A stretch of 63,887 nucleotides of DNA, the filler included, from Basidioascus undulatus (lineage: Eukaryota): the NCBI GenBank assembly GCA_000826855.1. It is 4 parts of 4 records of this genome, joined end to end, with 100 filler letters (N's around TTAATTAATTAA, not from the genome) between each part and the next. Parts side by side here need not be neighbours in the genome. Positions count along the whole stretch, not along the records: positions 1 to 15,931 come from JTLS01000616.1; positions 16,032 to 31,953 come from JTLS01000617.1; 2 more parts are not named here. The stretch is one strand, 5' to 3'. The number at the start of each line of letters is the position of its first letter. The first letter of the stretch is position 1. A program made the translations under genes and the position numbers. Below are positions 12,458 through 25,539 of this stretch, in pieces. The notes below the pieces were generated by a model. The model worked only from the letters and a program-made list of their open reading frames with translations. It was not told where the DNA came from and searched no databases.

Positions 12458-14535
12458 CGCTGGGGGTGTTTGCGATTCGATGTGGACAGATGGATTCCTG
12501 TGCGAGTGAAGGTCCATGAGCACCCATTTGGGACTTAGTGTCCCCTCCCTCTCAAGTAGACCGCACGCACGGGCAGGGGTCAGTCTAGTACAGCAGTAGC
12601 AATCTTCTCCCCTCTCGCCAAGTCGTGTGCGGTATGCAAGTGAGCGTGGGGTCGTCTCGTCGTCGCCGTTGGTTGGAAGTCAAAAGGGGGAATCGAGGAT
12701 GGTCGCAAGTGGGCAAAGTGTTCAAGTGGAGCCGCGTCTGCAGAGTCTGCATCTCGATAGGGGTCAACACCCGTCCCTCCCTCTGTCCGAGCGGCCCCTG
12801 ACTCAGAGCGAGCGAGCGAGCGACTAGCACCCGCTCATCCCCTGGCTGCAATCCTGCACTCTCTCTCGTCATCGTAGAATGAAAACTCACTGGAAGGGTA
12901 ACGGTGTGCAAGAGGAAAAGGTATGACAGCTGAAGCGAGGACTGAGGACGCTTCTCCGCACACGACCAGTCAAACGCCCGTGCGGCCGCACGCGCGTCAC
13001 GCAGTTGTTCATTTTCCTTTCCCATTCGCGTCCCTCTCTTCCCTGTACAAAGTCCCAACTCTCTTGCACTCGACTCAACGGGTCCGGTCTGACTCGACAG
13101 CTGCTGGTCGGGATGCGTGATTTGCATTACGCCCATCGGTATGCACATTCGCTGGGTTTACTTGGGTTTGCTGGGCCGCAGCTCGCGCACGGCCGGGGCT
13201 CCTGTGCGAGTGAGTGAATTCGAGAAGGGAGAAGAAGCGGGAAGGAGGGTCTGGGATGGTCGGGGGCGGGCCGTCGGTGGAGTGGGGAGCGGTGCAATTA
13301 TTGATGGATGGTGGTGGATTGGTGTATGGTGGTCGTCGGAGGCGTTGAGCAGAAGTGCGATATTTCATACATTTTCGGAGACGCCAGTGATACCGGGCAG
13401 GCATAGAGAGACATAGAACGTGGACGCATACACTTCAGTTCAGTGGCATTACAGTGAAGTTCGTCGAGCTACGGCAGCACTCAGCGTTGAAAGTTCGTTT
13501 CATAGCGGCATGAAAACGCGATCTCCATCCTTTGCCCTGCCCACGATCCTTTTTTTTTTTCCTACGCCAAGCACCTTTCTCATCACCTCTCACCAAATCC
13601 TCTGTTTCTGACTTGTTCAAAGCTGAGTTCGGTTTCGTCTCATCGATGAAATCCTCTTGGGCTCCCAACCCGAAGGCAGCCCAACACTGCTGTCCTTGAT
13701 GTGACCCGGCTACCCGCCCTACACCTGTTTCAAGGTTGAACCACCACCCTCGATGTGGACATTCAGCCTCGATCCGCGACCTGTATCCCAGTCTATGGAC
13801 GCTGGCTTACGCAGTACGCAGACATCGAGACACCGAGGGGCGTCCGTCTCGGCACTTCTCAAGCAATGTCACATTATCAGTCTCTCATACTCAGCTTAAC
13901 GCTGCGTACGACCACGTGGCTGATCCTGCGACACAATCAATCAGTACGCGCGCAAGGCATGCAGGGTATTGGCTAAATGTGGGAATCTCGTTATCACTGT
14001 GCCGTACGAGGTACCGGCCAGGGTGGATTTTCCGCGAAGACCGTTTCGCTCCGAGAACTGGTGAACTTGCTGAAGCAGCATGTCCGGCTTGAAGCTTGAG
14101 CCTTTGAGCACCCGCTCTGCCTCTACATGTATACTCCGTGATGCATCAATCACGTTTCCGAACATTCTGAACAAGTTCTCCGAGCACCAGTGTGTCTGTC
14201 GTTTCAGCGGCTGAGGGACTGGTCGACATCCAGAGTGTGCCCACCGGATAAACTTCGTGCATCGCGGGTTTATGTCAGAAGTCGACGCTACTTACGGTGC
14301 ATTTTTGGTCTCGGATCCTTTTCCACACCACGGTTTCTGCTCCCAACGTCAGATTCTTGAGTCTTGTCGTGTCCAGTCAGCAGCGCCAAACGATCAAAGT
14401 GCATCGGTCTCCACAATCCACGAAATGGACGGGCACGAGACAATGGCGTTAATTCAGTATTGATTCAACAGTGTTCCTGTTCCGTGATATTACAGTGCAA
14501 TGCAGCCATCCGCATCCCTCACAGCGCTATACAGC

Positions 14536-15559
14536 CTACGCGATGCCGTTGGCCTTGCACCACTGACAGTCCCGAAACATATTAGCGCTTGTTCAAGTGA
14601 AATGTAAGGTACCCCACGCACCTCCTTATGCGTAGCCCAGTCCTCGCGCTGGTGCTCGACTGAGCAATACGCAGCGCCCTTGCAGCGTGTGCACATCGAG
14701 TTGCAGGGAGCGCCGCAGATCTCGCACCACCAATTCTGAAGCGAAATGAGCTTGTCGATCTCATCGACAAAGCCGTCAAGCGGGTCGCTGGTTGTCGAAG
14801 CACGCTTCAGGAGATCGAGGCGTGTTGAACGGGGCTTGCCCAGGCGAGCGCTGCGTAGCACGGCGCGAAGGAGAGAGTCTGGTCGCGGAGGAGGCATGGC
14901 TTGCCCCGATCGAACTGCAGCGAGGATTTCCGAGCGCGGCCGGCGAGCATAGGCAGAAGCGAATGCATGCGAGTAGCCAGAATCCCCGAGAACGATGCTC
15001 GGGGTACATCGCAGTCACAAACTCGCCCCCGCTCGACAAGGACAGAGGTGCCCCGGTGAAGCTTGCCCCAATGTTTGACGTCGTGGACAATCGGATCGAG
15101 ACCACCGCTGAGCTGCTTTAGCTGAGCAAGGACAATAGTCTCGTACACAGAGTGTTGCCATTCGACATCGGCGTCAGGATGCTGCGATGCAGGGAGCTGC
15201 GAAAACTGCGAGAACATGAGGGGACCCCTGGTGGGAAGACGATGTCTGGTCGCGCGGAAAGAGAGTGGCGAAGTCGAGGAGGTCTGAGGTGGGCGCTTGC
15301 CGAAGGGGGACAGTGCGATCGAGGAAGCGAGCTATGACAATGAGCTCGGCGAGCTCCAGATCCGTCGCGAAGAGCATGCGGACATCCTCACTGATTCCAT
15401 CGTCGATAGTTCCAGCGCAATGCGCAGAAATTGCGAACCCATTCGGCGTCGAGACTCGCATATTGCTGAGTTGCGACTCGACCTTGGCACCGGGCGAGAC
15501 TCGCAACGCAGACCGACGTCGCGCTCGCTGACGGTCTGCCTGCGAAACTGAAGAGGCAT
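14536..15559 (-). pseudogene. Frameshifted gene with C-terminal MYND zinc finger
   Basis: CEICGAPCNSMCTRCKGAAYCSVEHQREDWATHKE|intron|WCKANGIA*. The upstream coding-like sequence is split across several frames. Confidence 0.7.
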
Positions 15560-15860
15560 TTCGATCGAGAAGATTAGGGAGATCGACGTGATCAGAGAAT
15601 TAGGCGAGTGATTATGGACAGGAAGAGGGAAAGGAAGGGAGTGAGTGAGGGGGTCGTTCGAGGAAGCACGAGCGACCGTAACCGATGAGGGACGGCGGCC
15701 CTCATAAGCATCTCAGCCTGCTTCACTTACATTACATTTCCCGTCTAACTTTTTTTCTGATTTCCAGAAGGACAAGTAGGAAATGGGAGACCAACAGTCA
15801 ACGATTACAGGCAGGCGGGTTGTTGTGGGGTCTGAATTTTTGACCTCAAATCTTACACAA

Positions 15861-15931
15861 GGCGAGATGGCCGAGCGGTCTAAGGCGCCAGACTAAGGAT
15901 CTGGTCCGAAAGGGCGTGGGTTCGAATCCCA
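15861..15931 (+). tRNA. tRNA-Leu(AAG), 3' end cut by the contig end
   Basis: GGCGAGA TG GCC GAGCGGTCTAA GGC G, anticodon arm CCAGA-CTAAGGA-TCTGG, long variable arm, T arm GTGGG TTCGAAT CCCA, then Ns. Confidence 0.93.
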
Positions 15932-16031
15932 NNNNNNNNNNNNNNNNNNNNNNNNNNNNNNNNNNNNNNNNNNNNTTAATTAATTAANNNNNNNNNNNNN
16001 NNNNNNNNNNNNNNNNNNNNNNNNNNNNNNN
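15932..16031. other. Artificial contig-joining linker (N44-TTAATTAATTAA-N44)
   Basis: Identical 100-bp six-frame-stop linker found three times in the window. Confidence 0.97.
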
Positions 16032-17508
16032 GATGTTGATCTGTCGGCGCTGGATACGGATCATGCCCCACCCCTCCCAGACGACGTACGCCACCGCGAG
16101 CGTGCCGAGAAGGATGCGGCGCTGCCAGTCGGCGTGACGGCAGAAGATCCACCTGTTCCAATTGCGTCAATCCCAGCGAAGTAGTGATGCGCGGTCTGGA
16201 AAAACACGCACAGCATGAAAGCGAGCTTGAGCGAAAGGAACAAGAGTGGCACCGCGATCTGCAGCAAGCTACTGAGGTTGATAACAAGGATGCTTGCCGG
16301 CCTGCGCGCCTGTCCGTCCTGCGCCCCCGCAGCGCCCTGGCCGGCCCCGTGGCCATGCAGCCCTGCAAGGAGGGGCGCGAGCGCGGCGGTCGCCGCGGCT
16401 GTGCGGCGGCGGGAGGACGAGGAGGCCGAGCCTGTGCCGGAGCTGGAGCTGGACGAGGTCGGGGACGAGAGGGAGGCGAGGATCCGGATCTGAGAGGTGT
16501 GCTGCAGGAGGGTCTGCATCTCGGCGAGGATGGGCTGGTGCGCGAGGGAGGCTGCTAGCGCGCGCGTCGCGCGGAGGCGCGAGGAGGGGGTCGCCCATGT
16601 GGAGGGAACGAGGCGGAGCTGGGGTTGGTTGCTATTTGGTTGTGTGGGAAGGGTCAACCCAAAGCGGAAAGGAGAGGGAAGAGCGAGAACGACACACTCG
16701 ATCTCCTCCACCTCATAGACCATCTCCTCTCCCTCGCGTTCCGCGCGCTCCATCTGCAGCCCGCCCAGGACCCCCACCGACTCCTCCCACTCCAGCACAG
16801 CCTTCTCCGCCTCCTTCCAGGCCGGCTCCCACTCCCCCTCACCCCTCAGGACAGCGAGCGCGCGCTCCGCCCTGCCCGCATAGAACGTTTGCAGCCTGAC
16901 GAGGCTGGCGTACGCATTCGGCAGCGCGGCGGGGGAGAGCGTGCTGAGGTGGTGTGCGAACGTGTGGAGCGGGTGCGAGGGGGAGAGGACGAGCGGCGGG
17001 GGACCCGCGGAGGAACGGGAGGAGCGGTGAGAGGTGCTGCCCGTGCCGCTGGAGAGGATGGGAAGCGGGTTTGGGAGGATCGGCGTGGGGAGGAGGATGT
17101 TGGATGGGCGGGCTGCGCCGGGTGCGGGCGATGATCGAGGCACAGGTTGGGTCCACGCCTCGGGCTGGACGACGAGGTGCAGCGTCGCTGGCGCATCGGG
17201 CCTTGTCTGTCCGACCCAACAATTAGCCTCACCTCACGAGCCACCTCAATGAACCCAAGAACCAAGCCACGCACCTCCCCAAGCTCCTCACCCAGAACTC
17301 TCCCGTCCTGCAGCACCCTCCCCATCCTGACGAGCCGCTGACCATCCACCCTCGGCAGGCCCGGCTCCCACGTCTCGGCGATGCGCCGCTTGAGGTCGAG
17401 CACCGTCGACGCCGCGGGGACGCTGTATGTCCTGGGCGGGCCGTCGGTGAGGCGGATAGAGACGTGGACCTCGGAGGAGGAGGCGCTGGGCTGCGGCCGG
17501 GCAGACAT
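16032..17508 (-). CDS. Ubiquitin-like domain membrane protein (Usa1/HERP-like ERAD factor), 3' truncated
   Basis: N-terminal UBL (VHVSIR...STVLDLKRRIAETW...PRVDGQRLVRMGRVLQDGRVL) and a later hydrophobic segment (LLQIAVPLLFLSLKLAFML). Runs toward the contig end. Confidence 0.7.
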
Positions 17509-18087
17509 GGTCGTGGTCAGAGTGGTCGGAGAGAGTGAGAGCCAGCGAGAACGAATGCCCGGTCGGTGAATGCCCGCCCCCGCCGCCCGAGCTCGCGCGA
17601 CGACGTGGAACGTCATTCCGCCAGCCTCGCTCGTATCGCCAACTTGCAACGCAAAATTTCCCAAAGTTTGGCCTTGAAGGGTCTACAAAACATCCCAGAT
17701 CTTTCAGAGGCACTGAGTTATCAGTCCCAAGCTAGTCTGTTTCATTCACCAGCTGCAGCGCACTTCGGTGGTACGACAGCCTGGCTGCGATGTCTTAGAC
17801 TGAGCGGATACAAAGGTTGCTACGATAATGCACCGTAGTTGCGTTCATTGGGCATGAAAGAGACAGGCAGTTGTTTTGGCCTAATTCTCGCGTGAGTTGC
17901 AGGAACAGTGTCCTGTGTCTGGCTTCGACTCGAGAAATTGGCCGCCCGCTACAAAGAAGGCCGTATCATCTTCGAACAAAGTCTTCCAGGACATGCCGTG
18001 TCATTGTAAGCAGGCATCCAGCGCGTGCCTTTCATAAAAAAGGTCCCAAATGCATACGGTAAAGGAAAGGTATCAATGCAGCCCATC

Positions 18088-19143
18088 TCAGATCGCCCCG
18101 ATTCTCTGCGCCACGCGGTCTTTGACAATGTCGAATGCGCGCATCTGCCCAGCAGAGCGAAATTTAGTTAGACGAGTGTTCGAAGCCGAGCGGGATGGGA
18201 AAGCTATGAGGGAAGAGGTCTGGAGGAAAGGACGCACGATAGTTTGCTCGTTGATAACGATATCCGACGTATCCGCCTTAGGCCTGGGCACCCTGCTCGC
18301 GATCGCCGTCGGGTCCGTCTCCAAAATGATTCTGTTCCCCCCGTCCCCCATCCCCCACGCCCCATGCACCTCACCATCAGCACCTCCTCCCCTCTCCCCC
18401 TCTGTTCCCGCAACGCACCCATCGTCAACGGTCTCGTCCAAAGCGAGGAGGACGAGGTCCAAGTTCTCGAGCATGGAGCGCTTCTCGACCTGGTGGCGGA
18501 GGAGCATGCTCACGGCGTCGTGGAAGGCGTTGAGCACGGACGAGAGCATCAGCTCGTTCTCAGATGCGGGGCCGACGACGTAGAAGATCAGGTCGAGCGC
18601 GGGCTTGTAGAGCACTAGGAGGTCCGAGTAGAGGATGATGTCGCCCGCTGGAGAAGAGGGTATGGGGGCGTCAGTATGGGTTGGGGAGCGAATCTGGGCG
18701 GTCGAGTGCGTGAGAGTGTGGTTGAGGATGCCAGCCAACCCCGTGCGGGTGGGGCGGGGCCATCTTCCAGCGTAATGCGGCCTACATGACCCGCACCCCC
18801 GCCAACAGCACCAGCATCCCAGATCCTCTCCCCTGCCTCTCGCTCGTCCGTAGCTCCCCGCGCACGAACTCACCTCCCCCCTTCTTAGTCTTCTCCCACA
18901 AGCCCTTCTCAAACGCCCGCTGCTCCTTCACACTCTCGAGCTTCTGCCCGGGCGTCGCGCCGATAACGTCGCCCCCCGTCCGGTGCGTGGGCGCGTAGTA
19001 CTTGGCGAGGAGGCGGTTCCCGTCCGTGTCGAGCACGAGGACGGCCGTCGTCGTGTACAGGGAGAGGTTCGTCTGCCCGGCACGATGGACGGAGGGTGAG
19101 GTTGCGCGGGGGAGTCGGAAAGGGAGGAGGGGTGGCGTACCAT
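18088..19143 (-). CDS. RET3: Coatomer subunit zeta
   Basis: [27 protein letters not shown]...[15 protein letters not shown]...[10 protein letters not shown]...[25 protein letters not shown]. Confidence 0.95.
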
Positions 19144-19852
19144 CGCTTGCGAGGGAGATTAAGGAGGAGCGAAGGAAGAGAGGAAGATGTCTATGTGGTT
19201 ACGCGGGGAAGGTGAGGGTGAGTTGCGAGTGTGCGAGGCAAGCACGCCGGGACGCGACGGCGCGTGGCAGCGATGCTGACTAAGCAGCGGGCGGTCTTCC
19301 TTCCGGAGAAGCACAGTGTATTCAGTCAAGACCAACAAGAAAGCGGCTTGTGACAGAGAAATATTAGGTGGCGGGTGGCCCAACATGAGCTCAACAACAT
19401 AAGGTGACAAGGACGATGCTAACACGCCCACGACAGGCAGTGCGATGCTGCAGTCGTCAAAAAGTTGATCTCTGACTGCGTTTCAATCCAAGATATCAGA
19501 TAAAGGAGAATATGAAATAAGGTCAGCATAAAAAGTGGCCAACAGAGACTATCAGTAAGGAGAGACAGGCGGCTAGTGCCTCGACCACACCCGACCGATA
19601 TCCAGCCCTACACAAGGACATCTTTCCCGCGTTGTCCATAAGACGACGGTCGAGGGCTTGAGGTTACTAACGGGACGTTGGGTATTGTTCAGAGGTTAGT
19701 AGGGAGATGGAGAGCGAGCATTGACGGGTAATGGGTGAGTCGATGAAGGTTGAGCGTAAGTGCTTCTCGCTTACGCAGGACGATCTCCCGCCATCCCCAC
19801 CACGCACTGCAACGTCAGGATATCAAGATAGTCGGCGTTGAACGCCATCAAA

Positions 19853-20825
19853 TCACCCAACCATGCTCCTCTTCCTCCCGCGCATGCGCACATCCTCGAG
19901 CTTCCTCCCCACGCTCTTCCACTCCTTCGTCCCCGCCTCCTTCGCATACGCCTGCAAGACGCGCTCGAACATCTCTGCGCTGCCCGGGTGCGTGGACGCG
20001 AACGCGCGCTCGAGGACGTACAGGTCCACGGCGCGGTCCTCCGTGCTCGAGGGCGACGAGAGCGGGACCTGCGAGGAGAGGCCGAAGTCGATTAGGTATA
20101 GCGTCGGCGGGGAGGGGACGAGGAGGAGGTTGGAGGTGCTGTGTGGAATCAGGGGAGTTAGTGAGGTGGTGAATGGAAGTGGGAGGAGAGGAGAGGGGAC
20201 GGACGTCAGGTCACCGTGTATGAGTTCGGCGGCGTGTAGACGAGCTAATTGTACGCCGATGAGATCCATCAGTTCCGCTTGAGAAAGAACGCCCGTCAGC
20301 ATACATAAAATGTCCCAAATTTCAAAGCAAAACTCACCTTCCCCCATCCCAATATCCGCCAGTTTCGGCCCATCCTCCTCCAGCACCACCTCCCCCTCCT
20401 CATCCTCCTCTCCTTCAACCTCCCCCTCCGCTCCCCCGCCCAACCACTCCCTCACGCTCCGCCCCTCAATCCACTCGATTCCCAGCACCCCCGCATCAGC
20501 ATCCACCATCCTGACACCAGGGACCTTCACTCCCGCGCGCCCTGCCTTCGCGAGCGCACGCGCCTCGGCGAGGATGCGCGAGCGCGTCAGCTGCGCGTCG
20601 AGCGTCGCGTGGCGGTATGTCTTTGGGAAGCGGTATTTGAGGAGGAGGTCGGGGAGCGTCGGGAGTAGGGCGGGGGAGCGGTACACTTTCTGTGAGGGGG
20701 GCGTGAGCGGGGTGTGTGAGGGAGGTGGGAGGTGAACGGACTGCTTCAGCGCCTTGCTTGATGAGCGTCGCGCTCTTGATGAGGCTCTGCGTGGGGGAGC
20801 TCGTGGGACTAGATGTTTCGCTCAT
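19853..20825 (-). CDS. BUD32: KEOPS complex kinase Bud32/PRPK
   Basis: LIKQGAEA...KYRFPKTYRH.TLD...EARAL...IHGDLT...LIDFGLS...EDRAVDLYVLERAFASTHP...VRMRGRKRSMVG. Confidence 0.96.
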
Positions 20826-21531
20826 TGAAGATGAGGAGCAGTTGGTGGTACCGTTGTGGTTCGGGGATGGGATGTTGAAGGAGAGCAGCACGAAGTCGCG
20901 ACGAAGACCTCGCTCGGGATTTGTACGTAAACATCCTTACGCAGTTCGACTGCCAATTTCACCCTTGCAGTGCAACTTCACTCCCACTCCGCCTTTACGT
21001 AAAAGACCTTACAGTCTAACAGTCTTGCTCTAGTGAATCTCATCTACTTTTCCAGGTATTCTGACATTTGAACCGGAGGCTACTGTAGCATAGTGGGGTA
21101 CACTTATGGAGACCTTCGCGCTCTGCAAGAGAAGCCGTTCTTGCCGTATCGAGTCGTTTGAGCTCGCTGTGCGACTAGAACAGCAGGCGACGGTGATATT
21201 GAACTTCTATACCGAAATAATGTTTCGAAATATGCCACGGCCTCGCAGTCGAACAGTGCGCATCGGTGTTCCCTCGCAGTTCACAGTATCTCGGCGCAGC
21301 ACTGGGCACTTCTGCGAGACTGCGGCCTGGTGCTGACAGCAAAGTGTTTATGCATGGGGGCATGCGGAGCAGAAACCACTGAAGGGAAGGGGGCATGAAT
21401 CGCGTGAAGATGAATTGATTCGTGGGCAAGTATGGCAGCTTACTACGCCTTGTCGGAGACAGAAAGACTCAGGCTGTCGAGTGCAAACCATACAAACCGC
21501 ATACGACATTCGCAGGTACCAGCATGCATGC

Positions 21532-22572
21532 TTACTCGACATACTGCAAACAGCGCCCGCTTAAGTTTGAAAAGAGCAGCCGCGTTGTTTGTGAAGCCAC
21601 TCACCTCCATCTTCTTCGTCATTCCGCCGTCGAGCACGATTTCCTGGCCTGTACCCACACTCTCGTCAACATAAGGCAGGCGACAGCGGCGATACGAACA
21701 AACGTACCCGTCACGAACCCCGCCGTGCTCAGGTACTCCACAGCGCCGAGCACGTCCTCGACCTTCCCCGCGCGTCCAACAAAGTGCTGCGCGTGGTCCG
21801 CCTCGCTCAGTCCCTCGTCCCACGCCTTGCCCGCCTTGTCCCCCTCGGCGTTCTCCGAGTCGACCACGATCCATCCGGGCACGATGGCGTTGACGCGGAT
21901 GCCGTGGGTGTTGCCTAGGGACGCGGCCATGGCGTGGGTGAGGCCGAGGATGCCCGCCTTGGTCGCCGCGTACCTAACGACGATTTGTGAGCGAGGAACA
22001 AGACTGGAAGTACGGAAGTGATGCAGCATACCCTTCAGAGTTAGGCTCGCTCATGTGCGCGCGCGTAGACGAGATGTGGACGATCGCGCCACCGTCTTTG
22101 CGCGCCTGCGTGCGCTTGAGGAGCGGGATGGCCGCCTGGCTAACGAGGAATGTGCCCGTCAAGTTGGTGTCGATGAACCTGAAATCAATAGCATTAGCAT
22201 TAAAACTTCCCACCACCTTGAACCCAAACCGCACTTCTTCCATTCCGCCACATCAACAGTCTCCATGCTATGCCCCTCCGACCAGTACGGCCACGCGACG
22301 CCGGCGTTGTTCACGAGCACGTCTAATCTGCCGCCGCACCATTCGCGGACCTGCGCGAGCGCGCGCTTGACTGCGTCCGGGTCCGAGATGTCCGCGACAG
22401 CGTGTCCCGCGGCAGAGTACGACGCGAAGGCCTTGACAGCGTGCGAGAGCTCGGAAGCGTTCGAATCGAGGAGGAAGACGCGGTGGCCGCGCTCGAGGAG
22501 GAGGCACGAGAGACCGCGCCCGATGCCACGGCCGGCGCCAGTCACGAGGTAGGTCAGCGGTGAGGAGGACAT
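21532..22572 (-). CDS. Short-chain dehydrogenase/reductase
   Basis: [32 protein letters not shown] (catalytic YxxxK), [20 protein letters not shown], and a short terminal exon YVE*. Confidence 0.93.
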
Positions 22573-23253
22573 GGATCAGTATGAGTTCAATGATGATGGT
22601 GATGGTGACTGGGAAAGACGACAATGATGCCGGCTGCGTCAGAGAGGCGGTGGCCTCCACTTTCAAGTGGAAAAGACTCTCATCAACCCGCAACTAACCG
22701 TCTTCAACATGAACTCGATCGTCGACCATGCATGCAGACGCAAATCGTCGAAGGTAGCGCACTGCGCTCAACGCAGCGCTTCGTGAGGCGAAGACCAAAG
22801 GGGAAGGCAAACCGAGAGCAGGGGCGGAAGTGCGAGAAAATTTAATGCACGCTCAGGCTCTTTTCGCGTCCCCACATCCCAATACCTAGATTATCACAGT
22901 TTTATTATTACTTCGAGACTACGTTATTTTTCTTCAGAGCTCACATTCCGGCACACAACGGCGGGAGATGTGGGGGGCGATGCGAGACGCAAGCTAGTCG
23001 TGTCTCCGCCTTTCCCGCTCCCCTGCGCACTTGCTATGGCTGTACATCCAGGGCACCTCATCTCACTTCGCATCCCGCACACAAAACAACATGACAGCGC
23101 GTTCCCGCCTTCAGCATCCGCACGCACAAAAGAGCCGTCGGCGCAGGGCTGGGTTTCTTCATTCTTCACCCGTGCACCCACCGCTGCGCCTGCCCTCTTC
23201 GCCAACGACTCTCGCTTTTTTGTTCTACCCACACCCAAGCCGAAGAAGTAATT

Positions 23254-24263
23254 ATGAAGATCTACGGTGCATCTGTCGCTTTTATCGGTCTCGTTGGGTG
23301 CGTTAGCCGGGGTCTTTATCGGCCGAACTGGGATGCTGACGCGGTGGAATGCAGATCCGCGGCTGCTCTCACCGTCAACACCCCCCCAAGTGCTACGCAA
23401 TGCCAGCCGACCGCCGTGAGTCTCTGGAAACCCTCTTTGCCCAGTTCAGTTCTGGATGCTGAACCTGTTCGTACTACCGTCAGCTGCAATGGAGCGGTGG
23501 TTCCGGCACTGTCCGACTGGCGATTATTCCGGGCGGTCAACCTGGCGCGTACGTACCTCTGGTTTTGCGGTTCTGGGAAGATTTCAGGGTGGAAGTGAAG
23601 GCTCATGGTGTAAGGATTCTCCCACCTCCAGTGCTCCCATGGACAGCAGCATTCCGAACCAGAATGCTCCCCAGGGCTCGTACCCGTGGACGGTCAATGT
23701 GAAAGTAGGCCGTTTGCTTCTTCCACAGGACTGGAATAATTTTGACAGGGTGTAACTGCAATAGGAGGGAACCAGGGTAACCGTTCGCGCCACGGACGAC
23801 ACGGGTGTGTCCGTCTACTCCGACGTGATCACCATCCTCAGCAGCGGCGACAGCAGCTGCATCGGTCAGAGCCAAACGGCCAGCGGTGACGGCTCGTGAG
23901 TCTTGGAGACTCTCAAACCTTTTTTTGCACAAGTGTTAACCGCTATCGTTCTTGCAGGTCCCCGCCCCCCGGTACCGACTCGGACGACTCCCCGTCCAGC
24001 CCCCCTCCGTCGTCCGGGTAAGCCATCCTCACGGCAGTCGCTCACGAGCAAGAGTGACTCATGTACGGTATACCTTCGGAAACGGCGGCTCTTCCGGCGG
24101 TAGCAGCAACAACAACAACAACGGCGGGTCGAGCCCGTCCGCCGGCACCAGCCCCTCTGCGACCGCCACCGCTCGCGCTCGCAACGGCGCGTCGTCGACC
24201 CTCGCAGGCAGCGCTGCCGCTGGTCTCGCCGGTGTCGCGCTCGTCTTCCTCACTCAGCTCTGA
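23254..24263 (+). CDS. Secreted Ser/Thr/Gly-rich, probably GPI-anchored cell-surface protein
   Basis: Signal peptide MKIYGASVAFIGLV, LTVNTPPSATQCQP...YPWTVNV...TILSSGDSSC typical of basidiomycete small mannoproteins, and a hydrophobic C-terminus NGASS...LAGVALVFLTQL. Confidence 0.8.
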
Positions 24264-24916
24264 AGCGGTAGAATAAGCCCCCGCTATGATAGCTCTGTCA
24301 CATTCCATCATTTCACCGTGTTTATCTGAATACGTACATGTGGAGGGATTGTGTCACGGACTTGACCTGTTGATTTGAATGCATGAAGCATGCTCTTTCT
24401 TTGAACATTCGAGACTTGGAAGTGGAAAATGTGCTTGTTCATCTGCAGGAGGGTCAAAGCGGTGTCCTGAGCGTGATGCACGTAGACCGCTCGCTGGTCG
24501 TCATGCCTGATGGCCTGATGCTTCTAGGCGAAGCATTTCGCAATTCAAGCTGATAAGCCCTCCTCTGAAGCCTCATCAGATATACATCATATATAGTGAT
24601 AGGACTGTTTTAATGTCAGGCTTACAGACACAGCGCAGTCTTACTTCGAACGAAATAGCTGTTCACCGGACGTAGCTACCCAGTAAATGCCGGCACAGGC
24701 ACCGTCGACAAAACAACAGCACGGAAACGAACGCCTTCGGTATATATCTTAGACAGTAATAATGTACCTTTTTCTTGCAATCAGAATTGTCAAGTTCTGA
24801 AAAGCGATGCAGAACAGAAGATTGTGACGACTGGGAGATATTCTGGTGCTTCGACAGAAACACTGCCGCAGTCTCCCCTGTGCTCTCGCCTACGCAAGAC
24901 CTGTGCATGCAGAAAT

Positions 24917-24978
24917 AGTGAAGTGATCTAAAAACAACGATGGAAAGTGAAGGTGATCTAAAAAAAGAACGATGGAAA
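24917..24978. repeat. Imperfect tandem duplication of about 30 bp
   Basis: GTGAA(G)GTGATCTAAAAA..AACGATGGAAA occurs twice. Confidence 0.7.
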
Positions 24979-24999
24979 CTCCTCCTTCCCGTCATCAAC

Positions 25000-25539
25000 C
25001 TAGAAAACCAACCACGCCATCGAGGAATAATAGACCGGCGATAGGGGTCTAGGGAGTCTCCGTTCCCGCACGTCCTCGTCCACCAACGTCTTCGCGTCCG
25101 CATCCTCGTCTCCTTCCATAACCCCCCTCGGTGCTATAGTTTCCAATGCAGAGAATGCACCCTTGTCCGACACCACTTCCGCCCCACTCCGACGCTTTGA
25201 CAGGAGGCGATAGAGGAGCAGGTAGAGGAGGGCGCCGAAGACAGTCACAACAATCGGGGCTGGAAGTCGTCGGTGGGATGTCAGCATAGAAACAGACAAG
25301 CAAAAGCCGGAGAGAAGAGATAGGTTCTCACAGATGCAGATGAGGATAACGAAGCGAGTGGGGAGGTGGTAGACTTCGTCACGGCAGCCACCGCTGTAGC
25401 CAGCAGAGGATAAGATCAGAAAGCTACACCAGGGGATACTGGAGAGCTCCGGACGCACGCTGGAGGCGTGCCATGTGCGTCCAAAGCACAAGACCCGGCG
25501 ACGCTGGAGGAGGTGGCTCGCGGGATGCTGCATCGACAT
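25000..25539 (-). CDS. Small single-pass membrane hypothetical protein
   Basis: Two canonical introns (GTGCGT..CTGAT..TACAG and GTGAGA..CTGAC..CCAG), a TM segment VILICI.PIVVTVFGALLYLLLY followed by basic residues. Confidence 0.45.
   Translation of the reverse strand: MSMQHPASHLLQRRRVLCFGRTWHASSVRPELSSIPWCSFLILSSAGYSGGCRDEVYHLPTRFVILICICENLSLLSGFCLSVSMLTSHRRLPAPIVVTVFGALLYLLLYRLLSKRRSGAEVVSDKGAFSALETIAPRGVMEGDEDADAKTLVDEDVRERRLPRPLSPVYYSSMAWLVF

Noticed and set aside
9300..12530. Many long overlapping or antisense Arg/Gly/Pro-rich ORFs here and over SMC4 and calnexin
   Set aside because: Shadow ORFs expected from very high GC3 codon usage.
15861..15931. tRNA-Leu lacking its 3' acceptor strand as a split or permuted tRNA
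   Set aside because: The truncation coincides with the contig end.
15976..15987. TTAATTAATTAA palindrome repeated three times at about 16-kb spacing
   Set aside because: It is embedded in Ns and is a standard six-frame-stop assembly linker, not a biological element.
23020..23100. CFVCGMRSEMRCPGC on the minus strand resembling a third MYND finger
   Set aside because: The second half of the finger is missing and it lies antisense in the upstream region of the GPI-protein gene; chance or an unprovable relic.
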